From assembly GCA_003344405.1 (NCBI GenBank), contig NOWV01000239.1, positions 1-64,000 of the forward strand: a stretch of DNA of 64,000 nucleotides. Direction: 5' to 3'. The notes beneath the pieces are model-generated. The model was not told the origin of the DNA, ran no database searches, and saw nothing but the letters and a program-made list of their open reading frames with translations. This document shows, piece by piece, positions 26,801 to 41,800 of the stretch. Positions within the stretch are counted from its first letter, which is position 1. Each line of letters starts with the position of its first letter. The stretch comes from Trichoplax sp. H2. Its lineage: Eukaryota. The position numbers were made by a program, and so were the translations under genes.

Positions 26801-29800
26801 CGCATTTTTAGAAAGTTAAGTGGCACAACTGGTAAAATGAACTCAAGTATTTTTGTTTCGATTATTTTATAATTTTTTTAATATTATTTATCATAATTTT
26901 AGCTATAAATATGTTATGATTACGAACAGCTGTCGTAGCTTTACTAAAGGCCGTATAAATTTGAGCTCTTCTAATTGGTTACCGCCCATGTTCCTAGAAT
27001 TATAAAATTGAAGACACGGTGATGCAATTTTGTCATAGCTCCTCTAAACGATTTGATATGGTCTATGGGCTATTCTTACTTCTAGTGTGTGATATAAATA
27101 TGCTTACAAAGATTTCAATTCCACAAGTGAATCTAACGCTTTCTCGTTAATTGATACTAGTCTGTTGTTTCTGAAAGACCTATTAAAATTGTCAGGTAGC
27201 ACTTTTATGTCTAAGATATCAAAAAAATGTTAAAGCCTGCAATCTAAACAACAGTTGTACTTCATATCTCATTGCATCAATTTTGCTAGTGCATTTGTAA
27301 TCTATACGAGTCAACATATTAGGTTTGTACATTTAGTGATTTTCACTATTCAACAGTGCCAATCTATGGACACTTTCACATTTAAATTAACTTACAATCT
27401 TTTCATGTAGTTTGGATAACGTAATGTTTTAAAAAAATCTTTATCCAACGTTCTGTATCTGTTCCAATCTAAAAAGCTGGTAAATTTGTTGATTTTTCAA
27501 TTTGATATTGTTTTTATCTGATTTTGTGACCAGGTTTTAAATTCCTTTATTGCAAAATACTTACAGTGATAATAAGGAGACAGTTTTAGAAAAGTTAAGA
27601 ACATAGGGTTCTTCCAATGCGTTGTATGATACATTTCTAATACCATTAATGAATGTAAGCTTAATTAAATTCAAAGTACTATATCAACTTATCTATATAA
27701 TAATTTTAATAATATGCTATTATTGAAATAATCAAATATAATATCATGTGCTTCAACCAGTTCCAATATTCGACGAATGAATATCTACTATCAGGCTTGC
27801 TCATGTAGTGGGATATAAAATAGCAAGGTATATAAACCAATGACTAGTAAACTTACAACATAGAGCAGTCATAAAAGTTTAAATCAGTTTGTGTTCGTAT
27901 AAGATTGCTAGATAAATCGCTAAAGGAAATTATATAAAATAAATTTAGTGTTAGATTTTCAGTAAACCTAACACAATTAATTCCTCAAGCTAGAAGTGTC
28001 CATGCACTGTAGCTCCAGTTTTATTTTGCATTGGGCAGAGATTAATAGCCAAGCTAATCATTTCTTAATGTTCAGAATTAGAATAAATAAAAAAGAGCTT
28101 ACATCTTATCAATCTTCTGGGATCCTGAGATGAAGTTTTTGCCACCAAGTCGATGTATGTTAGTCTTCGACAAGCCCCTATTGAAATTGAAATTATTATT
28201 GATAACATCAAGCAGCAGTCATGTCGATTAAGTATGGAATCCTAAATTCTAGCTTAAGTTCTTAATTCACAGTTTTTAAAGTTAAATGATGCGTATAAAA
28301 ATCTAATTTAATCGTTATAGTCAGACAATAAAATAGTATGCAAATATCACAAACCAGCTTCGTGACAAGGATAACGTAAAACAAATCTCTAAATTACTAT
28401 AGTCTTCCGGGATTCAGTATCCCTTAACTACCTCACAAGAATTTAGACGCCTTTGATTCTACGTTAAACTCAGCTAGACAATTGAGAACTGCTTTATTTA
28501 ACTATCTGACGGGCTTATATACCCTTCTACAGCAGCTAACATTCACAAGTCATCTTATAAAAATACTTAGGTGAGAACATCTACTAACTAGTTTTTCACA
28601 GTCGGACTACAATATATCCATTCACAGAATCATTTCAGTACACATTACAGCACAGCATTAAATTTACTGTAACACATTTATCATTAGAGTAATTCCTATT
28701 GTAAGTAACTAGTTGTAATATAATATCACTATATTATATTAACCAAATTTAGATAGCTATTTCTTCACGGTAGTTCGTACCGTGACACCAAAAAATAAAA
28801 GTTATAGTTCTAATTAATGATGGAGTTTATGGCCTTAGTACATTTAAGAAAGGTAAAGTAGCATATTATATTTCCAATAGCAACTTAGACAGTAGTGTAA
28901 GGCACATTTTAATCCTACTTCCATGATAGAAAAATTTCGCAAACTTAATATATTATAGCAGGGTGCTCGACTGGTATAAATAAAGATTATCGGTCTTAAT
29001 TAAGTTTATTCATTAGAGTACAGTTAGAAATGTATTTGAATTTTCTATTGAGTATATTAATGCTAGATTTATTCGCTAAATTACGTATTGGTCATTTTTA
29101 CTAAGATACATAAATCACAGCATTTTAATCGAATTTTTCAGAAAATTTATACGCGATGACACACATATTTTCTAATGGAATCTTGATTATTTTTGATTCA
29201 TTGTAGCTACGCTTATCAGCATGAAGGATAATGCAAAAAACATATTTATATGCTCGTCTGTTTAGCTTAAATATTGATAGAATATTGTATTAAAATGTAA
29301 CTAAGCATTGCTGTGATAGCTAATGAATCGGAAACAACACGATAACTGGAAGAAATGGGCCATTTAAAAGTGTGTATTTCTATCCCCCTTAATTAAATAC
29401 TATCAGTAAGGCGTAAAGGCCTTCTAGTTTATATTCGCCTGTAAATAGAGTATAAAGATATAAATCTACAAGATAGTATAATGAACATTATTTTAGAATT
29501 CTTCTTCAAAGTGTTTTATTATTTTAATAAGTATTCTAGCTTTAAAAATAACTTAATTTGGCTTAATTACAGTAGGTTTTACCCTAGCATTATAACAAAT
29601 AATAATCGCGACTCCTTTATTCGGGTTAGAACTTAAGCATATTCTTTAGAACAATTTTGATCAGAATATCACGATTTCAGATTGTAATTCATGCAATATA
29701 TTTAGTCAGTATCGTACAAATTCTCTAATTATGATAAAAACTTTCAGCCAATTTTGATTAGAAAATATAGTAGAATTAATATTCGTTATTCAATACAAGG

Positions 29801-32800
29801 TTAACCCAAATGTTTCAATCTGGGTCCCAATTTAAGATTGTTAGTCTGTCTTAGTTTTTTGCTATAGTTACATAATGTATATTATGAGAGACAGATCTCT
29901 CTACCGTAGAAAAGTACAATTCATGGATTTAGTAATATTGGGAATCTAGGATACAATTTATCCGATCATATGTGTTTAATTTCTAGTTTTATTAGGAATA
30001 CATTAGAATAGCAATTTGATAGTCTGATACCGCCAACTACTCTGCGTAGCATGTAAGAGGTGATGTAGTTAAGTAGAAAAGTAGTTCAAGTCTTAGTTCA
30101 AGATACTAAGTTTAGATTAGGATTTTCTTGAATTCGTGAGTAAATCGTATTTTAATTGGTATTCAGATTAGTTGAGGCAGTAATTCTGCCATTATTGTAA
30201 TTTTTATAAGTTTTTTGCTAAATTATAAATAAACTGGTGTTATCCCTTAATTTCTCTAGTGTTGAAATTCAATAGTTATCCGTTCTACTTAAACTTTTAC
30301 GTCCTTTATTTTTATAAAATTATGGCTGTATGAACATTTTACTTTGCTATCCTTTGTGGTTTAACAATATTTAAGATTAGAAGGTTACAAAGAGTATGAA
30401 TGCCAATCAATATTTGCTGATATCACTTACAAATTTTTTAAGCTCCTGTTTTCAGGAAAGCGTAAGCCAAGAAAATTTGATAAAGAATTTCCATCTAAGT
30501 ATCTATTAAACATGATTAAACTTTATAAATATCTATTGCTCAATTTTAAAAAATGTTCATTTTAATATCGTAACTTTATATGATATCGAGATAAATGGAC
30601 TCGATTAAGTTTTATGGTGGCATGTACACGATAGCAGTTTATTGCTATTAATTACATATAATTAGTCAATGGCTAAAGTTACTTCATTTAATCAGATACA
30701 AATTTTGCTTCGCTAGATATAGATCCACATTAGCTTGCAATTATACTTAAAGCGTTGATTTAATTTGTTATATAAGATATTTTCGTTTATTATTCTGGCT
30801 TAAAGATATCTCTGATCATCGTATCTTTAGATATATTACAAGATTTTAAATTAGTGGGAAAAATTAAGTCTATATACTCTAAACTATTAATTCAGCTTCA
30901 GTTACTAAGATTTATGGTTACAGTTTTTAATAAAGTGTTACAGCTAATGTTGAAATTTTTATGATGTATTTCTAAACATAACAGCCTATAGCAATAATTG
31001 CGCTTATTTAAATCATAAAGCTTTGGTAAAACATTTTATAGACGAATACTCACAGTTGTTCGATTGATTTAAGATCATGAAAAGCGTTTATATCGACAGA
31101 ATTGATCAAATTAGTTTTTAGTGACCTAGAAGATTTGTGTTAAAGCAGTTCATTCATAATTGATTATTATTGATACGTCTTGCAATGTATTCGTCATAAA
31201 CAATTTGGTGCTCATTATTTTTGATTTCTAAAAGAAAAAATCTTATATCACTAGAAAATTGCTTCAAAATATAAAAGATAAGTAAACTCGAGAAATCTGT
31301 TTGAAGTTAGTAAAAGTATCACATTTTTTAATTGCTGCAACACTTAGTATAAAAATATCTATAGCACCTGCATAATGAATTTGAACTACTACTACATAAT
31401 GCCATCGCCCTGAAAGTATTCTAGTACGAAGTAAGAATCAGTGACTACAGTAATGCTAATAGCAAATTAGAGTATTATGTAATAGTCGTTGCATATATCA
31501 TGTGATATAGTTTGAATTAATGGTAATCTCAGTTTTCAATAGGAATTTATAAAGACTGTATGCAAAAATAATATTGGATCAGTTTTGTCGTAACTATCGA
31601 TGATTGTACAATATTCTTTTTATAAATTTATTTAAATAGTAAAACACTCTGCTTTAGTCTTTCTATACGATACCGTATACCGCACCAATTACTAAATTAT
31701 GACAATAATTAGAAAATTAGGGAAAGAAATTTGCAAACGAGGCATATTTACTATTGGTCTTTAATTGTTCAAACAGAATGAAATGCTTTTAAATTGTATT
31801 ACTTACAAAAATTTTAGATTCATTAATTTGCTTTGATTCCCAAATTCAACTTTTCGAATTCTGTTTTCACTTAATGTTCTGATATTTCAGAAAAATAGTA
31901 ATAATTAAAAATACGGTCAATGACCTATCGCACTGCTATTTGAGATATTGTACCACTTGTAACTATCTTTCAGTGCCTAATTAGAGCGATATCTTATGAC
32001 TATTATGAGCAATATAGAAATAATTCAGTTTCGGTATAAACCTCATAAGCTTAACTGTTGCATTGATTCTAACTTTAATCTTAGATGCTCAAAATAACAG
32101 TTAAATGTTCTTCACTTTAAATTTAGTAGACCCTCAAAAGCAAATGAGGTATCGCTTAGTGTTCTCACCTGATTAAATTAAAATGCAAGAAAATAAACGT
32201 ATTAACAGCGGTTGCTGTCTTTCTATCCTAATTTGTTTAGTTAAGGTTACTGACTTCCTTAAATGACCTAGAATTGAGCCACTACCTTTTATTTGCTACT
32301 TATACTAGTTATTGCAACACATTTACATTCGTGCTTGTTACCGATTAGAGTACAATTAATTTAACAAACTATTCTTCATTGACAAGTACTTCTACCGCAG
32401 AGCTATAGATTACTCGTAATAATCAAGAAACGAATTTTGGTGATGATTTGCTATTACTGGTTTAGTTTAATCTTTATTATAAGAATATCTGTTTCAGTGT
32501 TTTGTTCGAATTGATTTCTATATTTATTACTGTTCCCACAAGTAAGATGTACGCTTTCCTGTCTAATACAATGCGATCTTAATACTGAACACATTTTCAT
32601 GATAACTATGCATCCTCGGAATATTTCTAATTCTTTTCAAGCACCTGGTAACTAGTATATTCTGCTAAATGAAATTTTAAGACGCGCTATTTACGGAATA
32701 TCAGCATTTATTTGTTTTTCTCTGGTTAGATAAGATAACTGTGCTTATTGTATTTCATTGATTCTGTGTAATGTACTGTAGATTTATTGAAGCGACTACT

Positions 32801-35800
32801 GTGGGTTTTGTCTTGAGTATGAAGTTTGCAGCATGTGTTTCTCGTTTTCGCTAGCTTAATGAAGTCACGTCAATTAATTACTAGGGTGTTATGGTATTAA
32901 CTTGACGTTACGACAGTTTAATAGTAGAGTAAAAGCTAATATGAAAAATATCCATATTTGTAGTGCTACGTAAGATAAGTAAATGCCCTAAGCTAACGTG
33001 GATATTATTTGCGATAGTTTATTACATATTTTATATTAATTTTTATTATGTGCAGTTAGTAGGAAGATAATTTAAGTTCTAACTAATGATAGTCTAATTA
33101 AACAACTGTTATGGAGCTTGTTCAATGTGGAATAATATTGACCTCTTACAATATAGCCAGACTATTACTATGCTTAGCAAAAGACGTAAAGTGCTTATTG
33201 CTATATCGATAATTAGAGCACGTATAATAAATACCAAGATGAGGGAGGCCAATTATTTATCGATGCCACCTTGGAGAGGTAATACGTAGCTGATGTGATA
33301 ATTAAGATTACGCAATAAGCTATACTAATGTAAAATAGCACCTAAATAGGCTATAAATATTAATGTTGTAAGATTTATAAAGTTACAATAATTATATTAT
33401 ATCGGGGAAAAAATAAGTCCTAGCACCAGCAATGACAGTGTACAGTCATAGAACTATATATAAACAGGAATATTTGAGTTAATTTGTGTGGTGAAAAGTT
33501 GTACATATGTCCACTCTAACAAAATTTCTAGCTTTATAGTACTTTGCTGTGTGCATTTAATGTTTAAGTCAGTAGTTACTTTCACTGTATGTTTCCTTAT
33601 TGAAGAGTATAAGTGGTGACATTTAGGGTTATTCAAGGTCTATTTATTTAATATTTTCAGAGCAATGCATTTCGTACTATATTTTATCCTGTAACTTTTC
33701 CTCTGAATATTACAAATCACGATTTGTGGCGACAACCTGGCATAAAACATGAATCTTGGTATACTCACTAGTTCTTAATGCAATCATGTTTATTACCACT
33801 TAAAAGGTAATGAATTCAATATGTAATTCTTCTTTGATAAGTACCTCTAAAGCTTAACTATAGATTATCTATTACCTAGCGTGAAAATTAAATTTCGATG
33901 CACTCACTAGTTCTGAAATAAATACGATTAATATTGTTCTCATCGTTTTCTACATGAAATTATTATGGTTTGATGAATATTAAGGTTAATTAATTTCAAG
34001 CTTATATAACTTTGATGTAATCCAATATTTAACCTTATTTCGTGTGGTGTTCTAAAGTACTACACGTATCTTACTTTGTAAAACGTCTCCATTAACTCTG
34101 CTTGAAATTTATAAAATAATGCGTTTGAAGCTACTATAGTTTCTACTTTAGTCTACTGCAAACTGATGTTTGCAACTTGGATCACCTTCAAGCTATTTAA
34201 AGGTTTACCCTTATGCTTATATATTAATAGCAACTGTTACAAGCTGACTAGCAGTATATTATAACCATAATCATCATAATATGTTTAAATACTACTATTA
34301 CATACGTACAAAGTTTGTAGGGAAGTTATATTAAAAAAGGGTGCCAGTTCAGAAATCATGTTATCTGTTAAGTTCCTATTTAAAGTGTATAGATGTATTT
34401 AATCCTTTTGACCTTTGACAAATGTAAAATAGGAATCTTAAATCATCATTCAAAATAAAATTAGAAATTTTCATTATCAATGAAAATTTAATTTTTAATA
34501 GTGAATCAATAATACTCACAGGATTAAAAGTTTGGAATAGCTTATCCAAACGCATTAATTAGACTAAGAAATAGGTATACTAAATGAAAAGCATATATTT
34601 TGATCTTACAAAATCTGTAGCGAATGCTGGTGCTTGAATGCAGTAGCAGAAATGTTGTTGATGTTATTTGAGTCCAAATTTCTGATTTTCCAGCAATTAA
34701 ACATAAATAAATGTCAGTTACGTGGCTATTATCAAGTATTCTTTCTTATTTATTAGTGAAATCCCTTTATTTAGGAATGTGATAATAAAATATGTAGCTC
34801 GCTTACGTTGGGGTTTAAATTTTTAGTATTGCACTGACTAATTATTTAATTACTGTCATACTAACAAAATTTGCAGTTTCGTTAAATTCTGAAAATCTTC
34901 AGCATTGATATTAGTGAGCTCATTCAGGTCCAAGTTTCTATGCAAGTTGCAAATAAAAATATTAACTGTAAGGTATTTGATAATTGTAAGAATATGAAAG
35001 ACAGTAAAATAAATAAGCGCATATTCCGAACACTGCATATAAGAAACAAACATCCCATTACATTACCTAGTGTGGAATCTATCGGAGAATTGAATTACTC
35101 TATCCCTATACTCGCAATACTAACGCATTCTAACTATTAATTTACTAATAATAATTTAATAAAAATAGTACACGTTTATTTTTTACTACATATCTTATCG
35201 TAAATATTTTTCATTTTTTATTTTTTACTAATCATTTCACTGTTGTATGCGATACGTTATCGCGTATTATATTCTAGAGGTTATATGTTGTTTTCTGGTT
35301 GTTTGTAAAGTTTTGATTCATGTAATTTCTGTAATATTCTATATCATTCTCTGCCAAATATTAATTACTGACTCAAGTTTCCTCAATACATAATTTTAAC
35401 GTATCCGAAACCTATATAAAGAACTGTATTCGGCCATATACATTAATTTAGCTTATGCTAGAATCTATATCTATTATTCTAGGTATACAGCTATACAGTA
35501 TTATTTAGGTTTATATTAGAATATCTTGATCTAGACTGACGTTATATAGTAATGTTTAACTCTTGGATAAATCCTAATACCGTTTATGTACGTTATTTCA
35601 AAAACAACTTTAAATTTACTTTACTCGCTATACATTTGGCCCAGATTGATGTCGATTTCTTTAATAATCAGCATAATTTAGGATATCGATCGATAGAAAC
35701 AAGCTTGGACCTACTGTATATACTTAATTGCAAGCGCTTTTAGCAGTATTTGAACTGAATAATTAAACAATAGCTGTAACATAAGTTAGATTTGCGTTTA

Positions 35801-38800
35801 TTAATTACAGCAGTCTTTAAAATTTTTAAGCTGCCAGATAATACAAAAAATAACGCTTTAAAAAAATGATTAATTTCTTGGATCGATGGGAATCATGCCT
35901 TTAGAACTTACAATTGAGTTAATTTCTGTAGGCATGCTAACGATGAATTTGAAACTTCCTGAATTGAGTTCTGAGTTAATTTTCTGAAAAATTTAAGTAA
36001 ATTCAATAGTAATATGACAGACTTTATCTTTCTATGTACGAAAAGAGTATTCATGACATTTACTTTTAAGCTAAATTTGTCTATTTTGCTATTTTACGCG
36101 ATGATTAGAAAAGCCGAGTAGTAAAAATTCTAAGTTAAAAATCGATACTTTTAAGCCATTACTATTATCGGAAGCGACTAATAAATTAATCTTACCACCT
36201 TCGTTCAATATGAAAATAAATATATTATCATGCTGCACTTACAGTATTTTCAAATTTTTTACTCCGCAGAAAGAATTTGGTAATATTGCCGAGATATTGT
36301 TGTAGCTGAGATCACTGTGAAAGTATGCAACCAAATTATATCAGAAATACCATTATTGTTAGTTCAATATCTGTATCACTATTTTCCTGGCATCGAAAAG
36401 GGAGATATTTATTACTTTTTATTATAGCTCACATCAGAACAGAGACTAAATTAAATTATGAGGAGTTTCATAATAAATGAATGAATGTTTTACATAGCTT
36501 ATACGAAGTTTGCGTAATCATATTTAGCAGGATGATTTTCTTAGAACTATCGTTGAAAATGTTTGTTTAACATATTTTAGTATTGAATTGCAGATTATGA
36601 GCTGTGTTTAATAGGACATGATGCAGAATAGCGTAATTTAATGGACTCATCATATGGCATATCTAATAGCTCACAACCATAGACTGTAATTAAAGATTCT
36701 ATATTATAGTACCGATTATCATATACAGAAAAGTGTTGAGTCGGTATTGATGGTAGAAGTAAAAGCAGACATGTAATTCATATATTAAGGTATGGATAGT
36801 TCATCCTATTTTGATGTTAGAAATCTAGTAGGTCCAGTACCAGAGAAAAAAACGTTCTTATTCACTATTCAACATCTACTTATATAGCGATAAAATTCGT
36901 AAGTTGCGCCAGGGTTTATAGGTGACGCATGCAATACGAGCAAACATCATAAGATCGTAGCGCAATACCTTAACAGTGCATATGTTACCCATGTACATAA
37001 TGTAATCTTAACATATGGCTAATTCGAAAAGAAAACTACATAAATACTTTAGCTATTACTGTAATAAATTGTGAAAGATCTGCAGTAGTAAAAGTTGCTA
37101 ATTACTACCTAAATAAGTGTAAAATAAGGCAGAGTCTTGCCGTTATAATTCTTGCTGTATTAGAGACTAAAAGTATATAAGCAGGCAACTTTGTGTTATT
37201 TAGCCATTCTTTTTTATAAATCTTTCTAGAAGCCTTTCTAATAGTTTTATCCGACTGAAGTAGAGCTATGAACAGGTTGCCTTTAGCTGTATAACCATTT
37301 AAACTATTCTAATTTTCTACAAATTTTGGAACTATGCGATCGTTTAAATTGTAGTTTGTGAAAATTTTTGTATTTTCTTCATTGTCTGAAAATGCAAATG
37401 AACAACCCATGGAAGACTATTGTTTAAACTAATTGCTACATATCGTCATAAATTGCAAGAAAATGCATCGACAATATTCAACTTGTATTTAATGCTAAGA
37501 TTTCAACATAATTCTTTGGATTGTCAAACTAAGGCTTTTGCATAAAATCAGCCTTTGATTCTTTGCTTAAAAGTAATTGTAAAGATTTCAACTAATAGTA
37601 CTAGTAGTATACGGCTAATAGGGTGAAATGGCGCTTTTGTATTATTTCTAGTATGTAACTGTGGTTAATATGATACTGTAGGGTGGTAATAGTTTACTTA
37701 CAGATTTCTTAGAGAGCTTAAACAAGCGAAGCTGACTTGTTCTATTGTATCAAGTCTGTTGCCTTGCATTATCCTAGTTGATGAATGTTTCATTACGGTT
37801 CAAGACCAAACTCAAACTGATGTTATCTATAGAAATTATTTTTACTAAATCTGTACTTACAGTGTCTGTAATCTTCTGGTGTCGCAAAATACCTTTGGTT
37901 CTATTCTCTTAATATTATTACCAGCCAATTGCCTTAATATATTTGATAAGATAACGCTTTCAGTATTGAAAATACGTTAGCTTTAGTCCTATTGCAAATA
38001 TTCTGAAGAATTGATTACTAAATTTTGGAATTTAATGTTCTTATACAGTAACAAAGACTAAAACGCTTTATCAAATTATTGTTAGCATTTGCTGCTAATA
38101 GGCTACTGTCACAAAACAGCTTTGCAACAAAATGAAGTAATTTACGATCAATAAGTCAATTCCTTGAACCACGTATCAAGGAACGATATCTGCACTTTCA
38201 GTAACACTTTTACTCTACTAGCAGACTACAAAAAGACTTAGACGCCTCGTATTTTACGTTAAATACTTAGTTTTAGAATTAACTTTATGATACGATATAC
38301 TGCATTTATATACTCTCCTCAATAGTTCCTGAGTCGTAGTTAGTACGATTAACTTTGGAATCATTCACTAAATTAGGCATTAATTTTAGCTACTGCTCTC
38401 TAATGCATACAACAGTATTTACGAACATAGACATGTGATGATTAGCACAGAATAGTCAGATTAAAGATTCATTTCTACCTTATTCTCTCTACAGAGCTAG
38501 CTTGTAATAATATTTTTACGGTATCAAAAATGCTTTCTTATATATTTAAATACTTTTAAAAATAATTGAATTAATCAAGCAGCCATTAGTAGTCTGTCAG
38601 AATATTTGACTTATAAATGCAAATGCACTAGATATATTGTACTTAATGCGGACTTCATGACTTCTTATGCTACATAGTGAAATAAACTGCTTAGATCAAT
38701 TATGAACTGAAAATGTATCGTAACTAATAGTCCTTGACGGTACTCACTTATTTCATTTTCTAGTTTATGAAACAGTTAGGACTTACAAATTTCTTAAGTT

Positions 38801-41800
38801 CCACAGGCAAGCAAATGAACTTTCGTTAATAACTGGCAATCTATTTGATTTTAGGATTCTAGCAATTTATATATATAACTGCAAGATTAGTCTTTTTAAA
38901 GACATGCAGTGATAGTAACTATTATTTGTAATATGCAGCATGGAGGAAAACTTTAAAACGCCATTTATTTTAAAACTGCAAGTAGTCAAAATTGTAACCA
39001 TAAGAGTTTTAGCAATGATACTTTTCGCAGAAATTTTCACTTAGGTAGAATTCAGCCGGGCAGTCTAAATAACGATAGCAACTGCTAGACACTTTTTTTA
39101 ATAATAAATGCCTCGATAGCAAACTCACAGCGTAACCAGAATTGGCATACCACAAAACGAACGTTCCGGAATGCTTTCAAGCCTATTTTCCGACAAATCT
39201 CTGTAATTAAAGTATTTTAGAGTTTCGATTACGGATAGAATTGTGTGTCACGATTTTTTAAATTCTCATTAAATGTGAAGAGCGCTACTGCTAGGAATAC
39301 AAAGTACAGGGCTTAACTACTATCACAAAATAAACTTTAGAATGGAAAATAAGATGTGATTATGTCCCGTTGTAATAACAGTTACAGTAAGCGCATTAAA
39401 TATTACTTTATTATAGTTTTATGATAGTGAATTATAGTCTCCTGCATGAATATTATAGCACCTTATAGTTTATTACGAATTTACTAATAGGACAAGCGTA
39501 TATGGATAAGTCCATTAGCTGTACAAGCTCACATTTTCTGTACTAGATTCCGATCCAGTAAGGGCATATTGGTCTAATTAGGTTACTGGCTTACTCTGAT
39601 ATTTGTTGCTTAACCATACCGACAACTAAAATTCTGTTTTAATGTGTGTTTTATATTTAGTAAAAGAACTTTGAAGTCAGTAGATTCTTATGGACTTTTA
39701 CTTCATTTTTATTTGTCATGCAGCTAATTTATGACACATGCGCGTATGTAAAAAAGCAGGTAAGTATTAGTATATACTGCTTAGGAATCAAATTTCGAAT
39801 AAAATTCTTTTATCCTAGAAGTTAGTATAAGTTATTAAAGTGATTTTGCTATCGCAAAATTCGCTATGTGGTATAAATTAGGCAGTTTAGGCCACAAATT
39901 TAGTTACGCTAATAATTCGATAAATTTAAATAAAAAATGGTGTAGTGTGTACTACTGGACAAAAAATGTTTGCAACAGGTTGTTATGACCGAGTAATAGT
40001 CTCCTGTTACTACTATTAGCTTCCCTACTGTACTACTACAATTAGCTGCAATCATCTCAAAGGTGGATAAGTTATTTTATTAAGTTAATTTGCTCCATAA
40101 GCGAAAGCAGGGCACGGTAATTTTAGATAGGAACTTACAAATAGGAAAGTCGACTCAGGCAGAAGAAAGCACCAGCTGGGATTGATGTTAATGGATTTCG
40201 CCTTAAAAAGCTGTAAAATAAAAGAGGTAGTTAAATGAATTACTTGCTATACAATGATATATCATGGCGCATTGTAAGTATTATATATACGTTATTAACA
40301 ATATTATAATCTATGGAAAGGAATTTCGATCCATTAACTTAAGGCATTTGCTATTCTAAAATATAATTCAATCTATAAATCTTACATTTGCCGTAGATAT
40401 CTTGTTCCACAAAAAGCATTGGGCTGAATTTGAGTAATGTCATTACTGCTGAAACTTCTGCAATCATATTTTATCGAAAATATTATTTACAACAACTCCT
40501 AAGTATTCAATAGAAATACTGTAGACGCAATTTCTGAAACACAAAATTACTGTTTAACATTAATAAAGATTCGTTAGTTTAGGATCGATTAAAACAAGCC
40601 ATTATCGCTGTCCTTAACATTCGATTCGCCTGTAACCGGCATTATAACTTTAATTAGATGAAATATTCTGTACCATTTGAAGTAAAGCGTTCATAGGACT
40701 TTGTTACATTAAACAATAACTATCATCGTTTTCCGTAGGATAATTGGACTTGTGTCACTGGTTGAAAACATTAAGTTAAAGCTTCAACCGATCTCATTAT
40801 AGAATTATGTATTGTAATGTGATAAAGTGCTTCTCAAAAATAAGATAAGATCTACAGTTTTTCGTAAATTTTCTTGTATATTTGTCTTACTACTACCTGG
40901 GACTTCTCTTAGACTAATTGTGGATTATATTTGGATTATCTCTTATACAATCTTACAATGTTAAATGCAATATATTTATTTTCGTATAATCTGCAATCTA
41001 ACGATCTAAGTCTTAGATATATTTGAGACTGTACTACACCTAAATATCGCCTATGCTTCAGTCCAGAAAATTTATTCACATTTTAAAATGTAAATAAGTG
41101 TTACGAGCTAGGAATAGCCCTATCTAGCAACAAGAATTGAGAGAGCGATCTCTATCCTTTACTACTGTTATTTGGAATACCAGACAATTGGTATTGTAAG
41201 GCAGATAGGGTTAACATAGAGAGACTTTCAAGTCTACTAGAAAATCACAATCTAATTTACTGTCGACGGACTCTCTATTTATATAGGTTTCGGACCTAAA
41301 ACCAGTTTAGCTACGCAAGTCACCCCCGTCTATTAGAAATTAACCAAATTAATACCCTAAATGGATTCTATCTGTACAGATTAGATACAGTCTAATCCTT
41401 TTAAATTTACTATAACAGTATTAAAATAAGCAATACTTGTTAATAGTTTAACAGATACACATAACACTATCCTACTAAGAAATTTCCTCTGAACTTAGGA
41501 ATTGTACTTTGAACCTTAACAACCTTGGAGGTGATAGGTATAATCCAGTTTAGCTAGTTGAAAATTATTATTTTAGTCGATGTAATCCTAAATTAAGGAT
41601 ATGAAGTGCTAACCACTAAAATTACAATTAGGGAGACCGTAAAACATTTCTGAGATATGAACATTTATAGAACGTAACATAGAAATAAAGTATACGTTAC
41701 AAAAATTACTTTCCTGACAATTAGTTATAAATTGTTGTCCACTATTATTACTCTTATGTTTATCAAGAAGGATAATTTTGACTCTTTAGTAGATGAAACC

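Noticed and set aside
29210..29438. Possible N-terminal exon of a second LGR gene on the minus strand
   Set aside because: Plausible acceptor, but stops in all frames and no recognisable motif; cannot be supported
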